From an uncultured Anaeromassilibacillus sp. (GTDB lineage Bacteria; Bacillota; Clostridia; Oscillospirales; Acutalibacteraceae): DNA of 64,000 bases. Below the pieces are notes generated by a model. It worked only from the letters and a program-made list of their open reading frames with translations. It had not been told where the DNA came from and ran no database searches. Below are positions 1-9,557 of the stretch, in pieces (the first letter of the stretch is position 1; every line of letters begins with the position of its first letter). Position numbers and translations under genes: made by a program. Where the stretch lies: the NCBI GenBank assembly GCA_902472225.1, contig CABRNB010000001.1, positions 29,315 through 93,314 of the forward strand, read 5' to 3'.

Positions 1-578
1 TCATCAAGCTTTGCCGCATTGATTTCACCGCTCTGCCCGACGAGCAGTTTGATCCGGCGATGGGCGAGTCCACCGGCGCGGCCGTTATCTTCGGTTCGAC
101 CGGCGGCGTTATGGAGGCCGCGCTCAGAACGGCCGCCGACGTCCTGGAGGGCCGCAGCGTGGAGAACATCGAATACCATGAGGTTCGCGGCGGCGCGGGC
201 ATCAAGGAAGCGGTTTACAAGATCGCCGGTATGGATGTTAAGGTCGCCGTTGTCAGCGGCCTGAACAACGCCAACGAGGTTCTCACGAAGGTGAAGAACG
301 GCGAGGCGGATTACCACTTTATTGAGATTATGTGCTGCCCCGGCGGCTGCGTCAACGGCGGCGGCCAGCCGATCCAGCCCTCCTCTGTCCGCAACTTTAC
401 GGATCTGCGCGCTCTGCGCGCCCAGGCGCTTTATACGCAGGACGAAAATATGCCGCTGCGCAAGAGCCATGAAAATCCGCTTATCAAGAAGGCATACGAG
501 GAGTTCCTCGGCGAGCCCGGCAGCCATAAGGCGCACGAGCTCCTGCATACCACTTACGTGGCGCGCAGCAGATATTGA
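1..578 (+). CDS. hydA: [FeFe]-hydrogenase large subunit, C-terminal part (5' end lies outside the window)
   Basis: In-frame translation from position 3 gives ...LPDEQFDPAMGESTGAAVIFGSTGGVMEAALRTA... and the H-cluster signature IEIMCCPGGCVNGGGQP (MxCxGGCxxGGGQP motif of Fe-only hydrogenases). Stop at 576-578. Confidence 0.8.
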   Translation, partial: IKLCRIDFTALPDEQFDPAMGESTGAAVIFGSTGGVMEAALRTAADVLEGRSVENIEYHEVRGGAGIKEAVYKIAGMDVKVAVVSGLNNANEVLTKVKNGEADYHFIEIMCCPGGCVNGGGQPIQPSSVRNFTDLRALRAQALYTQDENMPLRKSHENPLIKKAYEEFLGEPGSHKAHELLHTTYVARSRY

Positions 579-585
579 TTTTTTC

Positions 586-664
586 GGGCGTTCCCTGCAA
601 AGGGAGCGCCCGTTCTGCTTTCTATAGGAAAAGCGGCGCGGACACCAGGGACCGCGCTTTTTTT
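586..664 (+). terminator. Two consecutive stem-loops after the hydrogenase stop; the second is followed by T7
   Basis: GGGCGTTCCCTgcaaAGGGAgCGCCC (586-611), then GCGGCGCGG...CCGCGC TTTTTTT (633-664). Confidence 0.55.
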
Positions 665-884
665 GTGAAACCGTCCGCCGGAAAGAGTTTGTGGTTTCCA
701 GCCTCACCGGCAGGCGGTACTTCCTGTTGGCGTTCGTGTAAATGCGCGCAGGAGCATCGCTTCGCATCACAGAGGCTCGTCCTGTTTCGAACTTTTTTTG
801 CAAAAATTCACACCTGGTTTACGATCCTCTGGTATGCTTTCCACCAGAGAGAATCTGCACCGTTCAGGAAAAGGAGGGGAAGGT

Positions 885-1652
885 GTGAAAACTGTAATCC
901 GTGGAGTCGTGCTGGCGGCCGGTCTTGTTCTTTGCGCCGTTTATCTGCTGCCTGCCGTTTTTTTCGGCGTATGGAGTTTAGGAACGTGGGTAGGGCTTGC
1001 GGCAGGGGCCGTAATGGCAATCGGAGCGAAGCGGTGGCCCGCGATAACGGCATTTTGCCGGAAAAGGAGAATCCGATGGCTCTCCGGAGGAATCCTGACG
1101 GTTTCTGTTGTCCTTGTATTCTATTCGCTGGCCCTGTGCGGCTGTATGGTTTTCGGTGCGCTGCAGGCTCCGCCGGAGGATCCGGAGGGAACGGTGGTGG
1201 TTCTCGGCAGCAAGGTCAACGGTACGACGCCCAGTGCCGATCTGCAGGCCCGCATTGATCGTGCCGCCGATTATCTGCTGGAGAATCCGGAGCTTTCGGT
1301 TGTCGCCTCCGGCGGTCAGGGGGCGGGGGAGGAGATATCGGAAGCCGAGGCAATCCGCGACGGTCTGATCGCGCAGGGCGTGGAGCCTTCCCGTATTTAC
1401 CTTGAGGATCAGTCGTCGGATACGGAGGAAAATATCGCATTCACGCTGCAGGTCATGGAAGAAAACTCCCTGTCGGAGCCGTTGCTGATTGTTACCGACG
1501 AGTACCACGAATTCCGTGCCAATCTGATTGCACAGCACGCCGGCGCGGAGTCGTATGCAGTATCCGGCGCAACGCCGTTTTATCTGCTGCCCGCCTGCGT
1601 TGCGCGGGAGGTGCTGGCTCTGACAAAGCAGCTCTTTTTTGCCTGGCTGTGA
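885..1652 (+). CDS. DUF218 / YdcF-SanA-ElyC family membrane-associated protein
   Basis: N-terminal TM segments, then GTVVVLGSKVNGTTPSADLQARIDRAADYL, typical of the DUF218 fold. GTG at 885 with RBS AAGGAGGGG (871-879). The listed ORF extends upstream to 798 without an RBS. Confidence 0.65.
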   Translation: MKTVIRGVVLAAGLVLCAVYLLPAVFFGVWSLGTWVGLAAGAVMAIGAKRWPAITAFCRKRRIRWLSGGILTVSVVLVFYSLALCGCMVFGALQAPPEDPEGTVVVLGSKVNGTTPSADLQARIDRAADYLLENPELSVVASGGQGAGEEISEAEAIRDGLIAQGVEPSRIYLEDQSSDTEENIAFTLQVMEENSLSEPLLIVTDEYHEFRANLIAQHAGAESYAVSGATPFYLLPACVAREVLALTKQLFFAWL

Positions 1653-1814
1653 AGCTTTTCGCTTTGTATTGTGAGGTGCGTTCTTCCGATCCGGAGCGCA
1701 CTCCAAGCCTTGTCAATCCTGTACGCCTATTGTATAATGAAAGGACAGTCTCCCGGTGCCCGGCTGCGGCTTGGGCCGTGTGGGGAAGCGCCGCATAGGA
1801 AAGGTTGTGAAACA

Positions 1815-3101
1815 GTGAGCAATATTTTACTGAAGAACGTCAAGGTCTATGATCCCGCCTCCAAGCGGGACGGAGCCGTCGCCGATATCCTTTTGGAGGA
1901 GGGCGTGATCCGCGCTGTCGGGCAGCGGATTGAGATGCGCGACTCGGAGGTCATCGACGGTCAGGGCCGCCTGTGCGCCGCCCCCGGACTGGTGGACATG
2001 CACGTCCACCTGCGCGATCCCGGTTTTACCGCCAAGGAGGACATTCTCACCGGCTGCCGTGCCGCTGCCGCGGGCGGTGTGACGAGTCTTTTGTGCATGC
2101 CGAATACAAAGCCCGCCGTTGATACGCCGGAGACAGTCCGCTATATTCTGGAGAAAGCGGAGCATGCCGATGCGCGTGTTTATGTGGCCGCCGCCATTAC
2201 GAAGGGGCTCGGCGACGCGGCAGAGCTTTGTGATCTCGAAGCGCTGCGGGCCGCGGGCGCCTCTGCTTTCAGCAACGACGGCCGTCCTGTGGTCGATTCC
2301 CGCAAGATGGCTGAGACGCTCAAAACGGCTGCCCGTCTCGGCGTGCCGGTCGTCTCCCACTGTGAGGATCTTTTTCTCTCGGCGGGCGGCTTGATGAACG
2401 AGGGAGCCGTCAGCAGGGAGCTCGGGGTTCCGGGGGTTCCGGCGGCAGCCGAGGACTGCGGCACTGCCCGTGAGATTGCGCTGGCCGCTGCTTACGGCGT
2501 CCCGGTGCACATTTGCCACGTCAGTACCAAAACAAGTGTGGCCATGATCCGTGACGCGCGCCGCCGCGGCGTGCAGGTGACCGGCGAGACGGCCCCGCAT
2601 TATTTCGCTCTCACGGACGAGGAACTGCGCGGCCGCGACGCGGACAAGCGGATGAGCCCGCCGCTCCGTACCGAGGAAGATCGCCTCACGGTGATTGAGG
2701 CGCTGCGTGACGGTACGCTGCAAGCCATCGCGACCGATCATGCGCCGCATACCGTCCAGGAAAAGGCCGACTTTGCGAAGGCCCCCAACGGCAGCATCGG
2801 GATGGAGACGTCGCTGGCCGCGGGCATCACGTATCTTGTGAAGCCGGGTCTGCTCACGCTTTCGGAGCTGATCCGCCTGATGAGTACATCCCCGGCCCGG
2901 CTGCTGCATCTGCACGCCGGAACGCTCGCCGAGGGAGCGCCTGCCGACGTCGTTGTTTTCGACCCGGACGAGGTCTGGACGGTGGATCCGAACGCCCTGC
3001 ACGGCAAAAGCCGCAACGCTGTCTTTAAGGGCCGGGAGCTTACGGGCCGCGTGAAGGCGACTGTTTGCCGCGGCCGCTTTGTCTGGCGCGAGAGTGTGTA
3101 A
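1815..3101 (+). CDS. pyrC: dihydroorotase
   Basis: VDMHVHLRDPGFTAKEDILTGCRAAAAGGVT..., metal-binding His/Asp pattern of the amidohydrolase family, DHAPHT motif. GTG start after GGAAAGG; the upstream part of the listed ORF (1671) looks noncoding. Confidence 0.85.
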   Translation: MSNILLKNVKVYDPASKRDGAVADILLEEGVIRAVGQRIEMRDSEVIDGQGRLCAAPGLVDMHVHLRDPGFTAKEDILTGCRAAAAGGVTSLLCMPNTKPAVDTPETVRYILEKAEHADARVYVAAAITKGLGDAAELCDLEALRAAGASAFSNDGRPVVDSRKMAETLKTAARLGVPVVSHCEDLFLSAGGLMNEGAVSRELGVPGVPAAAEDCGTAREIALAAAYGVPVHICHVSTKTSVAMIRDARRRGVQVTGETAPHYFALTDEELRGRDADKRMSPPLRTEEDRLTVIEALRDGTLQAIATDHAPHTVQEKADFAKAPNGSIGMETSLAAGITYLVKPGLLTLSELIRLMSTSPARLLHLHAGTLAEGAPADVVVFDPDEVWTVDPNALHGKSRNAVFKGRELTGRVKATVCRGRFVWRESV

Positions 3102-3205
3102 AACTTGCATCTGTCCCACGATTTCCGCCCGGAAGGGGCGAAACCATAGAACGGAAAACAAAACAGGGACGGCATGCCGTCCCGCCATGATGGAGGGTAT
3201 TTTGT

Positions 3206-4156
3206 ATGTCTCTTGACAAGATGATCGAAAAGATTGCCGCCCTGCAGAACCCCACGGTTGCGGGTCTCGATCCAAAGCTCGACTATATTCCGCAGTACCT
3301 CAGAGAAGAGGCTTATGCCAGGCACGGCCGGACGCTCGAGGGCGCCGCGGCGGCGATCTTCGCCTACAACAAGGGCCTGATCGACGCCCTGTGCGGCATT
3401 GTGCCTGCTGTCAAGCCGCAGGCTGCTTACTACGAGATGTACGGATGGCAGGGTGTTCGTACCCTGTATGAGACGATCCGCTATGCGCACGAGAAGGGCA
3501 TGTACGTGATTCTCGACGGCAAGCGCAACGACATTGGCGCGACGATGGAATCCTACGCCGCGGCCTGGCTTGGTTTGACGGCGGTGGAAAACGAGCTTGC
3601 CGAGCCGTTCGGCGCGGACAGCCTGACGGTGAACGGTTATCTCGGCAGCGACGGCATCAATCCGCTGCTCAAGGTTTGCGGCGAGCAGGGACGCGGCATC
3701 TTTGTCCTTGTCAAGACCTCCAATCCGTCTTCCGGCGAGCTGCAGGATCAGAAGCTGGAGAACGGTGAGACGATTTACCGCACGATGGGCCGTTTCTGCG
3801 AGAATTGGGGCAAGTCTCTTCCCGGCAAGTATGGCTATTCCGGGGTCGGCGCAGTAGTCGGCGCAACCTATCCGGCACAGCTCGGCGAGCTGCGTGCGGC
3901 CATGCCCTCGACCTTCTTCCTCGTGCCCGGTTACGGTGCACAGGGAGGCGGCGCGAAGGACGTTGCTCCCGGCTTTGACAAAAATGGTCTCGGAGCGATT
4001 GTGAACGCCTCGCGTTCCATTCTCTGTGCGTGGAAAAAGACGAACGCCGCGCCCGAGGATTACGCGAAGGCCGCCGCCGCGGAGGCTGTCCGCATGCGCG
4101 ACGATATCATGAGCGAGGTGGGCGAAATCCGCCTGCCGGTGGGAGGCGCGCTGTGA
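3206..4156 (+). CDS. pyrF: orotidine-5'-phosphate decarboxylase, long (type 2) form
   Basis: 315 aa, N-terminal LDPKLDYIPQY..., DGKRNDIGATM motif. Sits in the pyr gene context. Confidence 0.8.
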   Translation: MSLDKMIEKIAALQNPTVAGLDPKLDYIPQYLREEAYARHGRTLEGAAAAIFAYNKGLIDALCGIVPAVKPQAAYYEMYGWQGVRTLYETIRYAHEKGMYVILDGKRNDIGATMESYAAAWLGLTAVENELAEPFGADSLTVNGYLGSDGINPLLKVCGEQGRGIFVLVKTSNPSSGELQDQKLENGETIYRTMGRFCENWGKSLPGKYGYSGVGAVVGATYPAQLGELRAAMPSTFFLVPGYGAQGGGAKDVAPGFDKNGLGAIVNASRSILCAWKKTNAAPEDYAKAAAAEAVRMRDDIMSEVGEIRLPVGGAL

Positions 4157-4911
4157 AGCAGTATGATGTGCGGCAGTGCTGCGTGACAGACTTTACACAG
4201 CTTACGGCGGACATTTACAGCGCCTGGGTCGATGCGGGAGAGCTGGCCCGTATGGCGCGGCCCGGCCAGTTCGCGCAGATCTATGTTCCCGGCAAGACGC
4301 TGCGCCGCCCGATCTCGATCTGCGACGCGGAGGGCGGCAAACTGCGCTTTGTCTTCCAGATCCGCGGGGAAGGGACGGCCGTTCTTTCTCAAACCCGTGT
4401 GGGAGATTCCTGGGATATTCTTGCTCCGCTCGGACATGGCTTTGAACTCGGTAATACGGCGCGGAAGGCGTGCTTTGTCGGCGGCGGTATCGGCGTGCCT
4501 CCGCTTCTTGCGGCCGCGAAGTCCTTCGGAGCGAACGCTGTGGTTGTGACGGGTTTCCGCAGCAAGAGCGCCGTTATTTTACAGGATGACTTTACGAAGA
4601 AGGGCAACCGCGTCATTCTCGCTACGGACGATGGTTCCGCGGGACATCACGGCCTGGTGACCGAATGCCTGCCTGATGACTGCGAGGTCCTTTTTGCCTG
4701 CGGCCCGACCCCGATGCTCCGTGCCCTGACCGCCGAGGCCGAAAAGCGCGGCATCGAGTGCCAGATTTCGCTTGAGCAGCGGATGGCCTGCGGTATCGGT
4801 GCGTGCCTCGGCTGTGCCGTGAAGCTCAAAACGGAGGACGGCGGCTGGCGGCACGGTCATGTGTGCAAGGACGGTCCTGTTTTTGATGCGCGGATCGTCG
4901 CGTTTGACTGA
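4153..4911 (+). CDS. pyrK: dihydroorotate dehydrogenase electron-transfer subunit (FAD/2Fe-2S)
   Basis: GTG start overlapping the pyrF stop (GTGA). C-terminal CGIGACLGCAV 2Fe-2S cysteine motif. The listed ORF start at 4030 overlaps pyrF and is not the real start. Confidence 0.8.
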   Translation: MKQYDVRQCCVTDFTQLTADIYSAWVDAGELARMARPGQFAQIYVPGKTLRRPISICDAEGGKLRFVFQIRGEGTAVLSQTRVGDSWDILAPLGHGFELGNTARKACFVGGGIGVPPLLAAAKSFGANAVVVTGFRSKSAVILQDDFTKKGNRVILATDDGSAGHHGLVTECLPDDCEVLFACGPTPMLRALTAEAEKRGIECQISLEQRMACGIGACLGCAVKLKTEDGGWRHGHVCKDGPVFDARIVAFD

Positions 4912-4925
4912 GAGGAGGAGCGGAA

Positions 4926-5837
4926 ATGGCGGATTTAAAAGTAACGGTTGCCGGCGTTGAGCTGGCCAATCCCCTGATCGCGGCCTCCGGGACGTTTGGA
5001 TTTGGCCGCGAATACGCGGAATTTTATCCTCTGTCCACGCTCGGCGGCATTTCCTGTAAGGGCATCACGCTTCAGGAGCGCCCGGGCAACCCGCCTCCGC
5101 GCATTGCGGAGACGCCTTCCGGCATGCTCAACGCCGTCGGCCTGCAGAACCCCGGCGTCGATCATTTCATCGAGAAGGATCTGCCGTGGCTGCGGCAGCA
5201 GGGCACGGCTGTGATCGCGAATATCGCGGGCAACACGCCGGAGGATTACTGCGCGATGGCGGAGAAGCTTTCGGATTCCGACGTCGATATGATTGAGATG
5301 AACATTTCCTGCCCGAACGTCAAGCAGGGCGGCGTCCAGTTCGGTACCTCCTGCGAGGGCGTCGGTTCCATTACGGCGGCCGTGCGTAAACACTGTAAGA
5401 AGCCGCTGATGGTCAAGCTTTCCCCGAACGTTTCCGATATCGGCGAGATCGCCGCGGCGGCGGAGGCGGCAGGCGCGGATGCGATCTCGCTGATTAACAC
5501 GCTTACGGGCATGCGCATTGATATTCGCACGCGCCGCCCGATCATCCGCAACAACACCGGCGGCCTGAGCGGCCCGGCTGTTTTCCCGGTTGCCGTGCGC
5601 ATGGTGTGGCAGGCGTCCCAGCGGGTGAAGATCCCGGTCGTCGGCCTCGGCGGCATCGCGACCTGGCAGGATGCGGTGGAGATGCTGCTTGCCGGCGCGA
5701 CGGCTCTGCAGATCGGCACCGTTCTGTTTACCGATCCGTACGCGCCGGTCAAGATTCTCGACGGCCTGAACCGCTTCCTCGACGAGGAGGGGCTTTCCTC
5801 CGTCACGGAGCTGACCGGCGGAATCCGGCCCTGGTGA
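4926..5837 (+). CDS. pyrD: dihydroorotate dehydrogenase, class 1B catalytic subunit
   Basis: MADLKVTVAGVELANPLIAASGTFGFG..., NISCPN active-site region, 303 aa. Confidence 0.9.
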   Translation: MADLKVTVAGVELANPLIAASGTFGFGREYAEFYPLSTLGGISCKGITLQERPGNPPPRIAETPSGMLNAVGLQNPGVDHFIEKDLPWLRQQGTAVIANIAGNTPEDYCAMAEKLSDSDVDMIEMNISCPNVKQGGVQFGTSCEGVGSITAAVRKHCKKPLMVKLSPNVSDIGEIAAAAEAAGADAISLINTLTGMRIDIRTRRPIIRNNTGGLSGPAVFPVAVRMVWQASQRVKIPVVGLGGIATWQDAVEMLLAGATALQIGTVLFTDPYAPVKILDGLNRFLDEEGLSSVTELTGGIRPW

Positions 5838-5857
5838 GCGAAGGAGGCCGTACCGTT

Positions 5858-7615
5858 TTGGATTATCACTTTTATCTTCCCGTCCGGCTGCTCTGCGGAC
5901 GGGACGCGGTGCGCCGCGAGTCGGCGCGTTTTGCCGCTCTGGGGGCGCGATGCCTGCTTGTGACAGGCCGTGCCGCCGCCAGAAAAAGCGGCGCTCTCGC
6001 CGACGTGACGGCTGCTCTCGACTCTCAGGGGATCGCCTGGCGCGTGTTTGACGAGATTGGAGCTAACCCGCTCCTCCAAGACTGTGAGCGCGCCGCACAG
6101 GCGTGCGCCGGCTTTGGTGCGGATTTTGTCGTGGGGATCGGCGGAGGTTCGCCGATGGATGCGGCGAAGGCAGTAGCCGTGCTCGCCGCGAACCCCGGAA
6201 TGAGCGGCGCTTCGCTTTACTCCTCCGCCCCGCGCAAGCGCGCTCTGCCGATCGTCCTTGTGGGGACGACAAGCGGGACGGGCAGCGAGGTCAGCGCCGT
6301 TTCCGTGCTTACGGACGAATCGGGCCGCAAACGTTCGATCAAGGGCGACGATCTCTATGCGGCTTTTGCCTTCGGCGATCCGAAATACACCTTCACGATG
6401 AGCCGTGCGGAGACGATCTCCACCGGTCTAGACGCTTTCTGCCACGCGATGGAGGGCTATCTTTCGCCGCACTGTGACCGGATTTCCGCGTCGCTCGCAG
6501 AGGGGTGCCTGCCCTCGCTGTGGCGTGCGCTTTTAGCTCTGCACGAGGGGGAGCCGCTTACTGAGGCGATGCATGAATCGCTCTATGAGGATTCGCTCAC
6601 GGCCGGTCTGGTGCTCAATACCCTCGGAACTGCCTATCCGCACCCGCTCGGCTATGTGCTGACGGAGCGCTTTGGGATTCCGCATGGGCGGGCCTGCGCC
6701 GTTTTTGCCCCGTCGCTGCTCTATCTTGCGCTTGACCGCGGCTGTACGCATGCTCAGCGCCTGCTCGACCTCCTCGGCGTTCCGCTTCAGCGTTTCTCCG
6801 AGGTGTTTTCCGAGCTTGCCGACTGCGCCTCCATCCGAATGACAGATGAGGAGATTGACGCGCTTCGCAGCCGCTTGACCGGCGTTAAAAACTATGCGAA
6901 TGTTCCCGGAGGCTTTGACGAAGAGCAGGCATTGACACTGCTGCGCCGTCTTTTCGGCAGACAAACGCGGATTCTTCTCGCGCGCCACGGCGAGTCCGTC
7001 GGCAACGACATGGGGATCTTTCAGGGCCACATTGACTGCGATGTGAGTGAGAACGGAAAAAAACAGCTGGATCTGCTCAGCATCCGTCTGCGCAACGTTC
7101 CGCTTGACGCGATTGCGACGAGTCCGCTGCTGCGCGCTCGCCGCACGGCGGAGGGAATCAACCGCTTCCATCATCTTCCGATTGAAACATACGACGATCT
7201 CATCGAGATTGATGGCGGCGACTACAACGGGACGCTTTGGAGCGAACTGCCGGTTCGTTTCCCGGAGCAGAATGATAAGTGGTATCACGATCCGGCTAAC
7301 TTCGAAGCGCCGCACGGCGACACCATGCGCGAGGTTTATGAGCGGATCTGGAGAGGGCTGCTCGCCGTGGTGCGGGATCACCGCGGACAGACGGTCTGCG
7401 TTGTCTCGCATGGCAGCGCGATTCGCAACGCAATCTGCCGGATCCTCTATGGAACGATCGACCGGCTTGGCGATACGCCATGGTCGGACAACACAGGCTT
7501 TTCGACGATCGATTTTGCGGACGACGACACGCCACGCATCGTAAAGCTCAACGATGCGTCGCATCTTACGCCTGAGACGTCGTCGATGGCTAAACAGGAC
7601 TGGTGGGACGCATGA
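5858..7615 (+). CDS. Fusion protein: N-terminal iron-containing alcohol dehydrogenase-family domain (about 375 aa) plus C-terminal histidine phosphatase (phosphoglycerate-mutase-like) domain (about 200 aa)
   Basis: Fe-ADH signature GGGSPMDAAKAVA and a Gly-rich NAD fold. C-terminal RILLARHGESVGN (RHGE catalytic motif) and a later SHGSAIR motif, in one continuous frame. TTG 5858 preceded by AAGGAGG (5841-5847). The long upstream extension to 5606 overlaps pyrD. Confidence 0.7.
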   Translation: MDYHFYLPVRLLCGRDAVRRESARFAALGARCLLVTGRAAARKSGALADVTAALDSQGIAWRVFDEIGANPLLQDCERAAQACAGFGADFVVGIGGGSPMDAAKAVAVLAANPGMSGASLYSSAPRKRALPIVLVGTTSGTGSEVSAVSVLTDESGRKRSIKGDDLYAAFAFGDPKYTFTMSRAETISTGLDAFCHAMEGYLSPHCDRISASLAEGCLPSLWRALLALHEGEPLTEAMHESLYEDSLTAGLVLNTLGTAYPHPLGYVLTERFGIPHGRACAVFAPSLLYLALDRGCTHAQRLLDLLGVPLQRFSEVFSELADCASIRMTDEEIDALRSRLTGVKNYANVPGGFDEEQALTLLRRLFGRQTRILLARHGESVGNDMGIFQGHIDCDVSENGKKQLDLLSIRLRNVPLDAIATSPLLRARRTAEGINRFHHLPIETYDDLIEIDGGDYNGTLWSELPVRFPEQNDKWYHDPANFEAPHGDTMREVYERIWRGLLAVVRDHRGQTVCVVSHGSAIRNAICRILYGTIDRLGDTPWSDNTGFSTIDFADDDTPRIVKLNDASHLTPETSSMAKQDWWDA

Positions 7616-8043
7616 AAATACTGGCAGTCGATCTTGGCAAGGCCCGCACCGGTCTTGCCGTCTGCGACGAAGGGGAAATCCTTGCGAGCCCCGTCGCCGT
7701 CATCACACAGTATAACCGTGAGAAGCTCGCGCAGGAGGTGGCTGCAAAGGCCCGCGAGCTTGCTGTCGGCGAGCTTGTCGTCGGTTTGCCGCGGAATATG
7801 GACGGCAGCGAAGGTGAGAGCGCGCAGGGTGCGCGGGAGTTTGCCGCTGTGCTCGGGGAGCTGACAGGTTTGCCGGTCGTCCTGCGCGACGAGCGCCTGA
7901 CCACGGTGACGGCGCACGGCTATCTCAACGACACGAACACGCGCGGCAAAAAGAGAAAGGCGGTTGTGGACGCGGTGGCTGCTGTCGTGATTCTGGAAGA
8001 ATATCTTTCCTTCCGCCGCCGGCAGCGCGCGAGGGAGAGCTGA
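7612..8043 (+). CDS. ruvX: Holliday-junction resolvase-like protein RuvX/YqgF
   Basis: MKILAVDLGKARTGLAVCDE... RNase-H-like YqgF family. ATG overlaps the stop of the upstream gene (ATGA). Confidence 0.8.
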   Translation: MKILAVDLGKARTGLAVCDEGEILASPVAVITQYNREKLAQEVAAKARELAVGELVVGLPRNMDGSEGESAQGAREFAAVLGELTGLPVVLRDERLTTVTAHGYLNDTNTRGKKRKAVVDAVAAVVILEEYLSFRRRQRARES

Positions 8044-8206
8044 CTTTCATTTTCCTCCCCCTTTTTTCTATGGGGGAAACCGTTTCCGAAGCATGGTTTT
8101 CGGAAGTGAAACGGCGGACCGGGAGAAAGACGGGCGGTGAGAGCCCGCTTCTTTCTCTGGAACGCTTGTATATCAATCGCCCGAAAAGGGCGGGAAAAGG
8201 GAAGAG

Positions 8207-9226
8207 ATGACTATGGCAACCGTTTTACTGGGAAGAACAGGCATTGAAGTGGAAAAAAACGGGTTCGGCGCTCTGCCGATTCAGCGTATCGCGCTTGACG
8301 CCGCCGCTTCCCTGCTGCAAAAAGCCTACGAAGGCGGAATCCGCTATTTCGATACAGCCCGCAGCTATACTGACAGCGAGGAAAAGATTGGCGCGGCCTT
8401 CAGGAACGGACTGCGCCAAAAGCTGTACATTGCGACAAAAACGCCGTCTCAGACGGCGGAGGGGTTCTGGAAGGATCTCGAGACGAGCCTGCGTCTGATG
8501 CGCACGGACTATATTGATGTGTATCAGTTTCACAATCCCTCTTTCTGCCCGAAGCCGGGAGACGGCACCGGCCTTTACGAGGCGATGCTCGAGGCAAAAC
8601 GGCAGGGGAAAATCCGGTTCATCGGTCTGACGAATCACCGCCTGCCCGTTGCACGCGAGGCGGTTGAGTCCGGCCTCTACGACGTGCTGCAGTTCCCGTT
8701 CAGCTATCTCGCGGACGCGAAGGATGTGGAGCTTGTGCACTTGTGCGCGGAGAAGAACGTCGGTTTTGTGGCGATGAAGGCGCTCTCAGGCGGCCTTATC
8801 ACGAACTCCGCCGCAGCGTACGCCGCCCTTGCGCAGTATGAGAATGTGCTGCCGATTTGGGGCGTGCAGCGCGAGAGCGAGCTCAGCGAGTTCCTCTCCT
8901 ATATCGAAAATCCCCCGGTCCTGACGCCGGAGCTTGCCGCTGTGATTGAACGCGACAGAAAGGAGCTCGCAGGAGACTTCTGCCGCGGCTGCGGTTATTG
9001 CCTGCCCTGTCCCGCCGGGATCGATATCCCCACCGCGGCGCGCATGGCTCTGCTTCTTCGCCGTTCCCCGACGGAGAATCTCCTGTCGGAGGAGTCGCAG
9101 GAAAAGATGAAGCGGGTGGAAAATTGCATTCACTGCAACCACTGTGCCAATCATTGCCCTTACGGCCTTGATACGCCCCGTCTTCTCGCGGCAAACTATG
9201 AGGATTACAAAACCTTCCTTCGATAA
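8207..9226 (+). CDS. aldo/keto reductase fused to a C-terminal 4Fe-4S ferredoxin-type domain
   Basis: AKR N-terminus (GALPIQR..YEGGIRYFDTARSY). C-terminal CRGCGYCLPCP and CIHCNHCANHCP cysteine clusters. Confidence 0.75.
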   Translation: MTMATVLLGRTGIEVEKNGFGALPIQRIALDAAASLLQKAYEGGIRYFDTARSYTDSEEKIGAAFRNGLRQKLYIATKTPSQTAEGFWKDLETSLRLMRTDYIDVYQFHNPSFCPKPGDGTGLYEAMLEAKRQGKIRFIGLTNHRLPVAREAVESGLYDVLQFPFSYLADAKDVELVHLCAEKNVGFVAMKALSGGLITNSAAAYAALAQYENVLPIWGVQRESELSEFLSYIENPPVLTPELAAVIERDRKELAGDFCRGCGYCLPCPAGIDIPTAARMALLLRRSPTENLLSEESQEKMKRVENCIHCNHCANHCPYGLDTPRLLAANYEDYKTFLR

Positions 9227-9419
9227 GGAAGAAGAGGAGTTTTCGCCTCGCTGAACCGGCGCGGAGGCCCGCTTCAACAGCGCAGCCTGACGGCGCCCCC
9301 GGATTTTTCAGCATCCAGCCGTTTGTTTTTCGCTTCCTCCTGCGCTCTCACAGGCCCTGGCCTACTTTCGGCAGGCTCGCACGGGACTGCAAAACAGCTG
9401 CGCCAAACAAGAATATATT

Positions 9420-9476
9420 AAAAAACCCGGCCTCAAAAGGAAGCAGGAATCGCTCCTCTTGAGACCGGTTTTTTTG
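9420..9476. terminator. bidirectional rho-independent terminator between convergent genes
   Basis: AAAAAA-CCCGGCCTCAA...TTGAGACCGG-TTTTTTT. Confidence 0.6.
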
Positions 9477-9557
9477 TGGACTTCTGTTCTTTTATGCAGC
9501 TTGCTGTGGCATGTTCATGCCGCGGCCATTCCATTTTGCCGGATGAGGGCAAGCGGT

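Noticed and set aside
1827-3275. 482-aa minus-strand ORF
   Set aside because: It is antisense to pyrC.
5606-5857. Upstream extension of the Fe-ADH fusion ORF to 5606
   Set aside because: It overlaps the 3' end of pyrD in another frame. The real start is placed at TTG 5858, after an AAGGAGG RBS.
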